Source: a virus (taxonomy: Duplodnaviria > Caudoviricetes). From it: a stretch of DNA of 64,000 bases. A program made the translations under genes and the position numbers. The first letter of the stretch is position 1; the number at the start of each line of letters is the position of its first letter. The stretch is taken from positions 706-64,705 of the IMG/VR virus record IMGVR_UViG_3300024181_000005; one strand, 5' to 3'. Below the pieces are notes generated by a model that made no database searches, was not told the origin of the DNA, and saw only the letters and a list, made by a program, of their open reading frames with translations. Positions 18,542 through 27,414 of this stretch are shown here, piece by piece.

Positions 18542-20029
18542 TTACCGGCTGGCCCGCCGACGGCGCCGACCAGGAACCGTGCGCCCGTAGGCGTTACCGA
18601 TGATGACATCACTGTGGTCACTGAGCCCGTGGCCCGCGAAGAAGCGGCCGAGCGCCTCGGGCACGTGGTTGTCCTTGTCTTCCGGGTGCTCGGGCCCCTC
18701 CTTGCTCACCGACTTCTTCTTGTCCGGCCACTTGTACGCGTCCATCTCGTACCGGCTCATGACGCAGGTGCGGTCGAACCGCAGCCACGGCACGCGCTCG
18801 TCGTGGCCCCAGGGCAGATGCGGGTTCTTGAACTTGAGCTTGTTCATGATGCCCTTGAGACGGGGCTTGAGCTCGCCACCCGTCCCGCCGAGCACCGGGA
18901 TGCGCCAGCGCTTCCGGAGTGTCTCCGTGGCACCCGGGTCGGCGGGCTCAGGGTAGAGGCCCTTCGCATACGTCAGCAGACGACTCAGGCGCGCGTCCTT
19001 GAGTACGTCGTCGGCAAACTCCTCGTCCGTCCGGTGCGTGCGATAGTACTCCGCGATGACGTTGATGTCTCCGAACGGTCCCGGCTGAATGAACAGCGCC
19101 ACGTTCGGATCGGTGTACCCGTAGTCGGTCGCCACGTATAGCGGCCACTGTGGGTTGTACGGCAGATCAGCGATGTGGTAGTCCGGATCCCAGTCCTTGA
19201 ACACCCGCCCGACGTGCTCGCTGAAGCTGGCCTCGACTTCCTGTGCGAAGCTCTCAGGCGTGAGGTCCCGGGCCATCGCTATGATCTCAGGATCGACGTT
19301 CAGCGCGACCAGTTCCTCGGGGCTGTGGTCGCTGCGTTGCAGGATCTCCTTCATGGTGTTGACGTCTTGCTGCGTCGTGTGCTTGCGGAAGACGTGGTTG
19401 TTGACCCAGCTCGGATGCCGCCAGCTCTGCCACTCAGGATCGAGGCCCTGCCCTGCCATGAAGATGTCGTAGAACCAATTCTTGCCCTCGGGGGTGGTGT
19501 TCCAGACGCTCTCCCCCACGAAGTCCGCGAGGGTGGGCCGGATGAACCGCTGCCACACCGACTCGCGGAGCTTGGCCGCCTCGCTCATGATGACACCGTG
19601 CAGGCCCTCGCCGACCAGACTCTCGGGGTGCGCTCCGCTCTTGGCGTGCAGGATGAACGCACCCTCCCACAGGCTGACGCTCATGTTGCCTTTGGGGTCG
19701 TAGTACGTCCCCGGCTTGTCGAACGGCATCCCCTTCCGCCGACAGTCGTTGTAGAAGACGCGGAACTCCTTCTCGCTGTCCGTGTAGTTCGGGCCGACGA
19801 TCCAGTACTCCGCGCGGATCCCCAGGTCATCAAGGATAGGCTTGGCCAGCCGCGCCTCGAGAGCCCACGGCATGCACTCCCGACCGCCGCTGTAGCTCTT
19901 GCCCGTCCGGCGGCCCGCGCAGTTGACCCGGTGCCGGGCCCGCGACCGATGCAGCTTCACCTGAGCCGGGTTCGGCCGGTAGTTCAGCTCACCCCACATC
20001 TTGTCCTTGCTCAGGACGACCGTCTTCAC
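18542..20029 (-). CDS. Terminase large subunit
   Basis: AGRRTGKS Walker A, GEGLHGVIMSEAA Walker B, TTPEGKNWFYD, nuclease DYGY.DP and DNH..EA; GTG start with GGAGG. Confidence 0.95.
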   Translation of the reverse strand: MKTVVLSKDKMWGELNYRPNPAQVKLHRSRARHRVNCAGRRTGKSYSGGRECMPWALEARLAKPILDDLGIRAEYWIVGPNYTDSEKEFRVFYNDCRRKGMPFDKPGTYYDPKGNMSVSLWEGAFILHAKSGAHPESLVGEGLHGVIMSEAAKLRESVWQRFIRPTLADFVGESVWNTTPEGKNWFYDIFMAGQGLDPEWQSWRHPSWVNNHVFRKHTTQQDVNTMKEILQRSDHSPEELVALNVDPEIIAMARDLTPESFAQEVEASFSEHVGRVFKDWDPDYHIADLPYNPQWPLYVATDYGYTDPNVALFIQPGPFGDINVIAEYYRTHRTDEEFADDVLKDARLSRLLTYAKGLYPEPADPGATETLRKRWRIPVLGGTGGELKPRLKGIMNKLKFKNPHLPWGHDERVPWLRFDRTCVMSRYEMDAYKWPDKKKSVSKEGPEHPEDKDNHVPEALGRFFAGHGLSDHSDVIIGNAYGRTVPGRRRRRASR

Positions 20030-20142
20030 TGTGACCTCCGGCGGCACACCCGCGAGTGACAGCCGGGGCCGTAGCCAATCCAGCACATCGCGCAGCACGT
20101 CTTCCCGCGCTTGTCCAGCGCCCGACCGCACCGACACCTCAT
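20026..20142 (-). CDS. 38-aa Cys-rich peptide
   Basis: MRCRCGRALDKRGKTCCAMCWIGYGPGCHSRVCRRRSQ; ATGA overlap upstream and GTGA overlap with terL. Confidence 0.5.
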   Translation of the reverse strand: MRCRCGRALDKRGKTCCAMCWIGYGPGCHSRVCRRRSQ

Positions 20143-20207
20143 CGCGTAGCACTCCATCCGAGCGTATAGGCAGCAGCCAACACGATCAGGAAGGCCACCC
20201 AGAACAT
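20139..20207 (-). CDS. 22-aa single-TM peptide
   Basis: MFWVAFLIVLAAAYTLGWSATR; GGAGG upstream; coupled stop/start. Confidence 0.45.
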   Translation of the reverse strand: MFWVAFLIVLAAAYTLGWSATR

Positions 20208-20227
20208 GGCCTCCCGCGCACGCGGGC

Positions 20228-20617
20228 TCACGGGACCACGTCCAGCGGCTCACCGACGAGGATGCCGGGCTCCAGGCACAGCCACGCACTGAGCGTCCAC
20301 CCCGCCTCGCCCTGGTAGGCGATCAGGTAGACCATGCCTGCGTTCAGCGCTCCGACCATGTCGACCTCGCTCGGGTCCGGCTTCCCGTTGGGGTGGCTGT
20401 GATAGAAGGCGATCGGCTCCTCGCCGCGTCGGTCCATCTCGGAGAACTGCTCGCGCATCTCCTGCACGCCCCATTGATACTGGCTGGTCGGCATCGCACT
20501 CTCGTTACGCATCGGGATCACGCGCCCGGTGCTGGCGACCATCCCGCACACCTCGACGTGCGGGAACCGCATCGCCCATTCGATGATGTGATCCCAGGAC
20601 CCCTGCTGTATCTTCAT
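20228..20617 (-). CDS. Stand-alone JAB/MPN (Mov34) metalloprotease, Mec-like
   Basis: EVCG ... YHSHPNGKPDPSEVD: complete E-HxH-S-D JAMM motif. Confidence 0.9.
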   Translation of the reverse strand: MKIQQGSWDHIIEWAMRFPHVEVCGMVASTGRVIPMRNESAMPTSQYQWGVQEMREQFSEMDRRGEEPIAFYHSHPNGKPDPSEVDMVGALNAGMVYLIAYQGEAGWTLSAWLCLEPGILVGEPLDVVP

Positions 20618-20700
20618 CCCCTCGCCTCTCCAGAGCTCGACCCCGCCCGCGTCGTAGCCTTCGCGAGTGGACCGCTAACAGGTCCGGCGGGGTCGAGAGC

Positions 20701-20817
20701 CTAGCAGTGGCCGCGTTTGCGACGCAGCCCGTTGCTGATCTTTGCTGCCTTGGCGGTGCTGTAGCCCTTGCGCTTGAGCGCCTTGTACATCCGAGGGCAC
20801 TTGATGCTGTTGGCCAT
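20701..20817 (-). CDS. 38-aa basic protein (SIK..RMYKALKRKGYS..KAAKISN)
   Basis: GGAGG RBS; resembles small actinobacterial basic proteins. Confidence 0.65.
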   Translation of the reverse strand: MANSIKCPRMYKALKRKGYSTAKAAKISNGLRRKRGHC

Positions 20818-20856
20818 GCCCTCCATCCTACTGCGGAGGAGCGGGGGTCGGGAGGG

Positions 20857-21312
20857 CTATTGCGCGAGCCAGTCCGGACAGTCACGCGACGTGAACCACT
20901 GGCCTTTCTTGAGCGTGACCTGCGGCCGACCGCCCGCCGGGAGCCCGTTCTCGATGATGTGCGACCCCTCGGCATCCGAGCTCTTCAGCCAGTAGCACGA
21001 CTGGCCCTCGAGCACCGGCGTTGCCGCGCGGTACGTCCCGGCGGCCACGTCCTCGCCGACGTGCACGAGGTCATCGCCCTTAATGCTGGGTCGCACGCCC
21101 GGATGCGGCACGAGGCCCTGCGAAGACGGCGATACGCCGTACGTGGTCGGGGCTGTGGCCGACGCTGAGCCGCTCGGGGCCGCGCTCCCCAGGGCGTATA
21201 CCCCCAGCGAGCATAGACCGAGCACAACGGCGACCAGGGCCCCGACAACCCAGGGCCACATCGCCTTGCGCTTCGGGTAGGCGGGCTCGGAGAACGCTGC
21301 GCTTCGAAGCAT
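20857..21312 (-). CDS. Membrane-anchored secreted protein
   Basis: N-terminal TM; GTYR...CYW...IIEN...VTL...F.SRDC..W domain common in actinomycete exported proteins. Confidence 0.8.
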   Translation of the reverse strand: MLRSAAFSEPAYPKRKAMWPWVVGALVAVVLGLCSLGVYALGSAAPSGSASATAPTTYGVSPSSQGLVPHPGVRPSIKGDDLVHVGEDVAAGTYRAATPVLEGQSCYWLKSSDAEGSHIIENGLPAGGRPQVTLKKGQWFTSRDCPDWLAQ

Positions 21313-21314
21313 GG

Positions 21315-22424
21315 TCAGCACCCCTGACTGGCGGAGGGCGTCGGACTCGGCGTGGCCGAAGGCGTGGGGCTGACCGTCGGTGTCGGCGGGACGACCCCAG
21401 CGAGCGCGTTCTTGTAGGCGACTCCGGCGGCCGGAAGCTGGGCTGCGCGCGTGACCCCGCCCGAGCTGTACCGCGTGATGGTGCCCAGCCACCACGAGCC
21501 CGGCTCGTTGAAGTACGACTCGAAGAACGGGACCACCGTGGAGATGCGCGCGAACTCCTTGACCATCTGCTGCACGTACACGACGTTGTCGCTGGCCCCG
21601 TTCGTCCCCGTTCCGCCCCACTCCGGCACGCTGAAGCCCTTGCCCAGCGCGATCGCCCGGTCTTCCCAGTACTTCATGCCGTACGTCTCGTTGTACTTGG
21701 CCGTCCAGCCCGCGACCGTGTTCATGCTGGCATCCCAGTTGTACCAATCGATCCCGAGGATGTCGTAGGCCGTGGGGTAGGTGACACCGCTCAGCGTGTA
21801 CGGGCCAGCCAGGTCGTTCGCCAGTGTGCCGATGTCCGCCAGCCGACCCGACTGCGATGCGCCCTCGTTCGGGTTGAACACGATCTGTGCGTTAGCGCCG
21901 GTTGCGCTGCGCAGGATGGCCGCCGCCCGGCGGAAGTCGAGCACCCACTGTGCCCGGTTGGCCGACGTCACCGACCAGTTGCCAAAGTCGATGTTCATCT
22001 CCCAGCCCAGCCGGATGATGACCTTACCCGCCAGCCCCGCGTTCTTGATGTTCGTGCCCAGCGTGGTGAACATGGACCGGGTGTCCGTGTTGACCGTCTG
22101 ATTGCTGGCCCACAGCGGCACCGACAGCACGATCTTCCCGCCGTTGTCCACGACGCTCTTGGACCCGTAGGCGTCCTCGGCCCACCACATGTCCGTCACG
22201 TTGACCGGGTCGGTGAACGTCTCGGCCAGGTCAACCGCGCGTCCTCGGTCGGTGGCGAACAGTGACACGCTGGCCTTGGTGTTGTCGAAGTACCCGCCGC
22301 TCTGCCACGACAGCCCACTCGGATACGCGCTGGCCGCGTCGGCAGGCTGCGCATTGATCGCGTGCACCGCGACGGCGCCACCCAGCATCAGCAGCGCGCT
22401 CGCGACTGCTATTCGAACCTTCAT
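21315..22424 (-). CDS. Secreted glycoside hydrolase family 26 (beta-mannanase-like)
   Basis: Signal peptide; IRLGWEMN acid/base, DILGIDWY, PEWG nucleophile; Pro/Thr/Ser tail. Confidence 0.85.
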   Translation of the reverse strand: MKVRIAVASALLMLGGAVAVHAINAQPADAASAYPSGLSWQSGGYFDNTKASVSLFATDRGRAVDLAETFTDPVNVTDMWWAEDAYGSKSVVDNGGKIVLSVPLWASNQTVNTDTRSMFTTLGTNIKNAGLAGKVIIRLGWEMNIDFGNWSVTSANRAQWVLDFRRAAAILRSATGANAQIVFNPNEGASQSGRLADIGTLANDLAGPYTLSGVTYPTAYDILGIDWYNWDASMNTVAGWTAKYNETYGMKYWEDRAIALGKGFSVPEWGGTGTNGASDNVVYVQQMVKEFARISTVVPFFESYFNEPGSWWLGTITRYSSGGVTRAAQLPAAGVAYKNALAGVVPPTPTVSPTPSATPSPTPSASQGC

Positions 22425-22505
22425 GCCGATCTCCCTCATTCGATGAACCCCTATCGTCTCAATGGAAAGAGCCCCGCACAAGGCGAGGCCCTCCTCCGGT
22501 CACCC

Positions 22506-22682
22506 TTACCGGCGCACGTAGTGCGCCATCAGGTAGGTCGTCAGCTCGGCCTTGGCCTGCTGCTCGTCGTCGTAGTGGGTGGCGTTCCGCACCTTCGCGA
22601 ACGCCGTGTCCACCGCGCGCTCGAGGTGCGTGTCCACGTACCGCGTCTCCGTGACGACCGGCGCGCTGGCCTCAGTCTCCAT
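22506..22682 (-). CDS. Hypothetical protein
   Basis: 58 aa; GGAGG RBS. Confidence 0.55.
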   Translation of the reverse strand: METEASAPVVTETRYVDTHLERAVDTAFAKVRNATHYDDEQQAKAELTTYLMAHYVRR

Positions 22683-23394
22683 TGTCTGTCCCTCCGCCTT
22701 GTCGTTCCTGATACCCCGAATACCGGCGGGCCCGGTGCTCGGCCATTCCGTCATCACCATCACTCGTGACGTTGACGATCATCTGCTCCCACGGCTGCTC
22801 CTGCGACACCCGGATGTCCTTCGGGATGCCGCCGAAGATGCGCTCCATGGCGTACTGCATCATCTTGGCCCGGTCCTTGACCGGGATGTTGCTATCCTTC
22901 GCCAGCTCGACATACTGCTTGGCGATCCCGATGACCTCGCTACCGAAGATCTCCTCAAACCGGCGCTTCTGATCCCGCTGACAGGCCAGCAGAAACTCCC
23001 GAGGAACGAAGGTAGGTGGACGACCGGTGAACGAGCCATCCTTGGCCCGCAGTTGGCCGCGCGCCAGCTCCTGGTCATCCAGACCCTCGCAGAACTCCGC
23101 CCACGTGTACTCGCCTTCCTTGACGTTACGCACGATCTCGGACCACCGCTGCCCAAGCGCCACCTTCGTCTGATATCTAGACGTGCCGTGCACTCCTGGC
23201 TCGGGCTTCACACCCGTACCTGCGCGCGGGCTGTCTGCTATCGCCTGCACGACGTGCGGGTACAGCTCGGCTTCCTCCTTGGCGACCGTATGCGGGCGGC
23301 GTCGCCTGCGGGCCGGACGGGGGGATGGAGCCTCTGCCGGAGTCGACGAGGCCCCACCGCCGTCTACGTTTGTGGGCTTCCATCCTCTTGCCAT
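22672..23394 (-). CDS. Putative terminase small subunit
   Basis: LDDQELARGQLRAKDGSFTGRPP motif seen in actinophage terS-like genes; upstream of terL. Confidence 0.55.
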   Translation of the reverse strand: MARGWKPTNVDGGGASSTPAEAPSPRPARRRRRPHTVAKEEAELYPHVVQAIADSPRAGTGVKPEPGVHGTSRYQTKVALGQRWSEIVRNVKEGEYTWAEFCEGLDDQELARGQLRAKDGSFTGRPPTFVPREFLLACQRDQKRRFEEIFGSEVIGIAKQYVELAKDSNIPVKDRAKMMQYAMERIFGGIPKDIRVSQEQPWEQMIVNVTSDGDDGMAEHRARRYSGYQERQGGGTDNGD

Positions 23395-23398
23395 GCGC

Positions 23399-23581
23399 TC
23401 AGCTTACCGGACGACACTCCGGTATATGTCTCCTCCAGACCAGCGGCAGATCCGCACACCCATAGGGTCCCGGCTGCTGATACCAGACAACCGGCGGAGG
23501 CGGCGGAACAGACAGCGCCCGAACCTCGACCACCACCCCGCCCACCGCCACCGCCACCGCAGCCGCAATGACTACGCGCAC
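23399..23581 (-). CDS. Small membrane/exported protein
   Basis: Hydrophobic N-terminus; overlapping start. Confidence 0.45.
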   Translation of the reverse strand: MRVVIAAAVAVAVGGVVVEVRALSVPPPPPVVWYQQPGPYGCADLPLVWRRHIPECRPVS

Positions 23582-23694
23582 AACCACAGCGCCAGCGCTC
23601 CGAACACCACCGCCAGCATGAGGAACGTGGCACCCCCGAGAGCCAGCAACCCCGGGTCTTCCGAGGGCGGTTCGTTCTCTAACGAGTTATCCAT
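23572..23694 (-). CDS. 40-aa membrane protein
   Basis: MDNSLENEPPSEDPGLLALGGATFLMLAVVFGALALWLCA; overlaps both neighbours. Confidence 0.5.
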   Translation of the reverse strand: MDNSLENEPPSEDPGLLALGGATFLMLAVVFGALALWLCA

Positions 23695-23884
23695 CGGAGT
23701 CCTCCACAAGACCGTACCGTGGATCGGTCAGCACCCGGTCCACCGTCTCGATGCGCCTGCGCGCACGCTCTACGAGCGGATGACCCTCCGCCAACCCCTG
23801 CGCGAGCAACGACGCCAGCTCTTCCTGATAGCGCTTCTTGTCGCCCTCGAAGTCCTTCCGCGTGAACCCGCGACCCAGGCTCAC
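23687..23884 (-). CDS. Hypothetical protein
   Basis: 65 aa helical; ATGA overlap. Confidence 0.6.
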   Translation of the reverse strand: MSLGRGFTRKDFEGDKKRYQEELASLLAQGLAEGHPLVERARRRIETVDRVLTDPRYGLVEDSDG

Positions 23885-24066
23885 GACGACGTGCGCTGCG
23901 AGGACCGCCCGCCCTTCTGCTGACCCCGCCGTCGCGCTTCGTCCACCGTATCGCTCGCGTCCGCCGGGTCCAGCATGCGATCGAGCCTTGCCTGTTCCAC
24001 CGATGACAGCGGATGCGGGTCCGGCTGAATCGACCCGTCGTCCCCACCAAATTCGCTTGACTTCAT
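23881..24066 (-). CDS. Hypothetical protein
   Basis: 61 aa. Confidence 0.45.
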   Translation of the reverse strand: MKSSEFGGDDGSIQPDPHPLSSVEQARLDRMLDPADASDTVDEARRRGQQKGGRSSQRTSS

Positions 24067-24126
24067 GATGATAAGCACCTGCCTACGATCGATCGTGAAA
24101 AGATTTCGTTGAGATCACTCAGGCCG

Positions 24127-24453
24127 TTACAGCGTACGCCTCTTGCGCCTGCGCTCGGCTCGAACTGCCTTTCGTTTGAGTCGACCTTCCTCGTCTAGCT
24201 CTCCCTTCTCGGCCGCCGTCTTGGCTGGTGCATGGAAACGAGAGGTGGTCATCGGAAAACGTTGGCCTTCGTAATCAGCCCGGGACATATGCGGGGAGTA
24301 CCGATCCCGGTACTGATCGAACAGCATCCCGAAGCCTTCTTTGAGAATGGCATTGTACGCCGAACGCGGCTCGCCATTCTCGACGCGACAGTCCTGGACG
24401 AACTGCAATTGCGCCTCTTCTTCTTTGGTCAGATAGACCTTGCGGTAACCCAT
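24127..24453 (-). CDS. Putative ribbon-helix-helix-like DNA-binding protein
   Basis: N-terminal strand RKVYLT followed by two helices; first gene after intergenic region A. Confidence 0.45.
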   Translation of the reverse strand: MGYRKVYLTKEEEAQLQFVQDCRVENGEPRSAYNAILKEGFGMLFDQYRDRYSPHMSRADYEGQRFPMTTSRFHAPAKTAAEKGELDEEGRLKRKAVRAERRRKRRTL

Positions 24454-24504
24454 GCCTATAACCATAACACGTACGGCCTAGGTACCTCTTAACTACCAAT
24501 CTCT

Positions 24505-24672
24505 CATGTGTGTGTGTTCTCTCTTCTCTCTGATTGAAGACGATGTTGTTAAACAGAGGATTCTCGCAACTTTCGTACCAAGCTTTGTATCCTTCTAGAA
24601 ATGCGAGGCCGCCGCACCCTCCAGCCAAATCGTCCCCTCGCGCTCGCGTGCGCGCACTAGCACGCACGAGGC
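24505..24672 (-). promoter_or_regulatory. Intergenic control region A (twin of region B)
   Basis: CATGTGTG..TCTCTCTTCTCTCT..GATTGA motif plus a 39-bp element with a GTGCGCGCAC palindrome, both repeated at 42944-43161. Confidence 0.6.
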
Positions 24673-24721
24673 AACTATTTTTCCCCCAGGGTTGGCCGGG
24701 GTGGCGAGGGTTCTAGACGCA

Positions 24722-25294
24722 CTACCCGGCCCACCCCGCCCGCTTCTGCACCTCTCGAGAACCGGCGAACTTGCGCAGGTACACGAGACCGTGGCGTTGC
24801 GCGTCCGTGCCGTGACCCAGCCCGGGGAGCCACAGCCCCCACAGCTTCAACCGCTCATCAGTGACCACCTTCCGTTCCCCCGGCATCTGTACCTCCACCC
24901 GGACCCCCGTCTCCCGCAGACGATCCTGCAAGACCGCGAGAAACCGGACCGGCTCCAGCAACGCATAGTCCCGGGACAGCATCTCGAGCGAGAACCCTTC
25001 GCAGCCAATCACCACGACGTCCTCCTCCGCCGCCTTCTCCCAGACAGATCGACACAACGACAGATACGAGTCCACCGCCGCCGACGTTGACACCGACCGA
25101 AACTGACCGATACGCCACCACGTGACCCCGACCGCCCCGACCTGTCCGAGCGACACCAGCACCCGGATCGGCACCCGGTGTATCGACCACCCGGTCGTGA
25201 TCCCCGGGTCGGCCCAGACGACGACGAGCGCGGGCCCCTCCATGACCGCCACGACACCCACGACCCCTTCTCCCTTATCCCGAACCTGCGGCAT
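24722..25294 (-). CDS. RuvC-like Holliday junction resolvase
   Basis: ADPGITTGW, CEGF and DAQRH acidic catalytic pattern. Confidence 0.8.
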   Translation of the reverse strand: MPQVRDKGEGVVGVVAVMEGPALVVVWADPGITTGWSIHRVPIRVLVSLGQVGAVGVTWWRIGQFRSVSTSAAVDSYLSLCRSVWEKAAEEDVVVIGCEGFSLEMLSRDYALLEPVRFLAVLQDRLRETGVRVEVQMPGERKVVTDERLKLWGLWLPGLGHGTDAQRHGLVYLRKFAGSREVQKRAGWAG

Positions 25295-25609
25295 CTAGAC
25301 CCTGCCACCCCTACGAGGCCGCCCTACACCCATACTGAGCCCGCTACGGCCAAACCACACCCGATATCGGCCCCTCCTAGACCAGTCCTGCCACCACCGC
25401 ACCCGGCGTGGCCCCTCCGGCACCGGATCCGCCCGCAGCGCCGACCCGAACCCGACGGTGACCCACGCGCCCGACGTCCACACCACGACCTGTGCGCGGT
25501 GACCCTGACCACACCACCGATGCTCGAGCCGGAACGCGTCCTCTCCGGACGCGGCGGGGCGTACGGACCCCTCGACCCGTACGCCCCAGACAGAGCCGCC
25601 GTCACGCAC
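25295..25609 (-). CDS. Hypothetical protein
   Basis: Stop abuts the resolvase ATG; frame choice uncertain. Confidence 0.4.
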   Translation of the reverse strand: MRDGGSVWGVRVEGSVRPAASGEDAFRLEHRWCGQGHRAQVVVWTSGAWVTVGFGSALRADPVPEGPRRVRWWQDWSRRGRYRVWFGRSGLSMGVGRPRRGGRV

Positions 25610-26504
25610 GGTCGTACGCCGCCGCGATCTCGTCAGCCAACGCCTCGAGACCGAGCCCGTACCATCCGCCCCACGTCACCAGGACGCAGCGCTCGAGGGT
25701 CCCCGGCACGATCCAGGACTCCACCGAGAAGGTCTCGCCGACCTGTCCCAGCGACCGGAGGAGCTCCTCGACGTTGTCGTGCCACTCGTACTTGTTCCCG
25801 ACGATGAACTTCCGTACCGGCCACGGTCCGGACAGCACCTGTCCGACGGAGAACCCCAGCGCTTCGACCGCGTCCTGCCAGGCCATCCGAACACTGCTTC
25901 CGCCGTCGACCGCAGAACCATCCCCCTTCCCGGTAATCCCGTCCTCGCGCGTGCTCGTGCGCTCGCCCACAGACGCGCTCTCGTACACACCCGAGCCCGC
26001 GCGCTCGCTCGTACGGGCGTGCGCCTGATCGTGCGCACCGGCGCGCTCGCCCACGGGCGCACTCGCGCGCGCGCGAGGCAAACCCTGGTCACCGAGCACT
26101 TCTGCGGCCAATTTGTCCAGCGTTGCCTCGCTGATTCGGGCGTCAGCGTCCTCATCGGGCGGGCGGATCGCCTTGGAGGCGTGCCAGGCTGCGCGCACCA
26201 CCGAGCCCAGCCCGACCGAAATGACCTGATCGACAGCCGACGCCTCGTGCACCGGCGACCCGAGATCGCCACAGCAGACGCCCGACGCGGCCCCTTCTTG
26301 GAGGTGCCACGAGCATTCCATCGGGAACTCGGCCCCCGGCGCGAACGGGTGATCGGCGTCGCTGTAGTGCACGGCCCGTCCGTACGGCTCCATACACACG
26401 TTCTCACCGGAGAAACCCTCGGCTGAACCGCAGGCATCGGAGAGCGTATACCCGCCGAACCGGTGTCGGGGCAGGCGGACAGGCTCAGTGGTCATGCCGC
26501 TCAC
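25602..26504 (-). CDS. Hypothetical protein with low-complexity central insert
   Basis: 300 aa ORF. Confidence 0.55.
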   Translation of the reverse strand: MSGMTTEPVRLPRHRFGGYTLSDACGSAEGFSGENVCMEPYGRAVHYSDADHPFAPGAEFPMECSWHLQEGAASGVCCGDLGSPVHEASAVDQVISVGLGSVVRAAWHASKAIRPPDEDADARISEATLDKLAAEVLGDQGLPRARASAPVGERAGAHDQAHARTSERAGSGVYESASVGERTSTREDGITGKGDGSAVDGGSSVRMAWQDAVEALGFSVGQVLSGPWPVRKFIVGNKYEWHDNVEELLRSLGQVGETFSVESWIVPGTLERCVLVTWGGWYGLGLEALADEIAAAYDRA

Positions 26505-26603
26505 CCTTCCCAGACCCCGACCCCTTCTCCGCAGACCGCACGACGACGCCGCACAGCGTCACCAGCACAATCCACACGGTGATCTGCCACCACAACATCC
26601 AGC

Positions 26604-26840
26604 TCACTTCAACCTCCGGGCCTCGTTATTGTCCACCGCAGCGGCGTGCGCACGGGAGTACGACGCGGCCTTGAGGACGGCTTGCTCGATGATGTCGGAC
26701 ACGGGGCCCTTCACACTGCTCCGCTGAAACGCCGCGCGGGTCGAGTACTCGCCGACGAGCGACCCACCCGAGCCCGTCCCGTCGGCCAGCACCCGCACGC
26801 GCACCTCGACCTCAACGGTGTACTGCTGCATCGCGGCCAT
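26604..26840 (-). CDS. Hypothetical protein
   Basis: 78 aa; coupled to upstream stop. Confidence 0.6.
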   Translation of the reverse strand: MAAMQQYTVEVEVRVRVLADGTGSGGSLVGEYSTRAAFQRSSVKGPVSDIIEQAVLKAASYSRAHAAAVDNNEARRLK

Positions 26841-27157
26841 CAGGTCCGCTCCCCTCGTTCGCGCGTCTGACGGATGCGCTCAGCCGTACCGGCTTCCTGC
26901 GGGGGAACGGGGTGGGCGGGCGCAGCCACGACCGGCTCGTACTCATCGCGGAGCAGGTGCACACACAGCGCAGCCATCTCGCAGATAAGCGAAGACGGAA
27001 CCGCGTTGTTCCTCGCTACCATCCGCGCCACGCGTTCGCAGTGCGCCCCGAGCTCCCGCAGAGCCTCCAGATGCGGCACCCGAGGCCGTTCGCTGTTCGG
27101 CTCCTCGTACATCCGGACCATCGCCAGCACTGCCTCGAGGGCCTGCTGCTTGTTCAT
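26840..27157 (-). CDS. Hypothetical protein (helical, MazG-like?)
   Basis: 105 aa; ATGA overlap. Confidence 0.55.
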   Translation of the reverse strand: MNKQQALEAVLAMVRMYEEPNSERPRVPHLEALRELGAHCERVARMVARNNAVPSSLICEMAALCVHLLRDEYEPVVAAPAHPVPPQEAGTAERIRQTRERGERT

Positions 27158-27414
27158 CCCTCGACCTCGTCGTCTTCTTCTAGATGCGCGTACGGCCTGC
27201 GCTGATTCTGTTCGCCCGGCATCAGGGCCCGTGCGTCGCGGTCGGCTTGCTCCGCCTTCGCCAGCCCGATCGCCTTCGACAGGGCCACGTCAACGTTCGG
27301 CGCCGACACCACCACCAGCACCTCGGACTGCGCCTTGTCCTCGGTCGCCGTGTTCGACGACACCCGCCGACCCGGGACCATCTGGTCCACCCGCAGGGTT
27401 ACACGGTAGATCAT
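27154..27414 (-). CDS. Hypothetical protein (probable paralog of 27411..27641)
   Basis: YRVTLRV...VVVSAPNVDVALSKA. Confidence 0.65.
   Translation of the reverse strand: MIYRVTLRVDQMVPGRRVSSNTATEDKAQSEVLVVVSAPNVDVALSKAIGLAKAEQADRDARALMPGEQNQRRPYAHLEEDDEVEG

Noticed and set aside
25950-26080. CG/GC-dinucleotide-rich patch with GCGCTCGCCCAC repeats
   Set aside because: Lies in a low-complexity coding linker; only loose similarity to the intergenic palindrome
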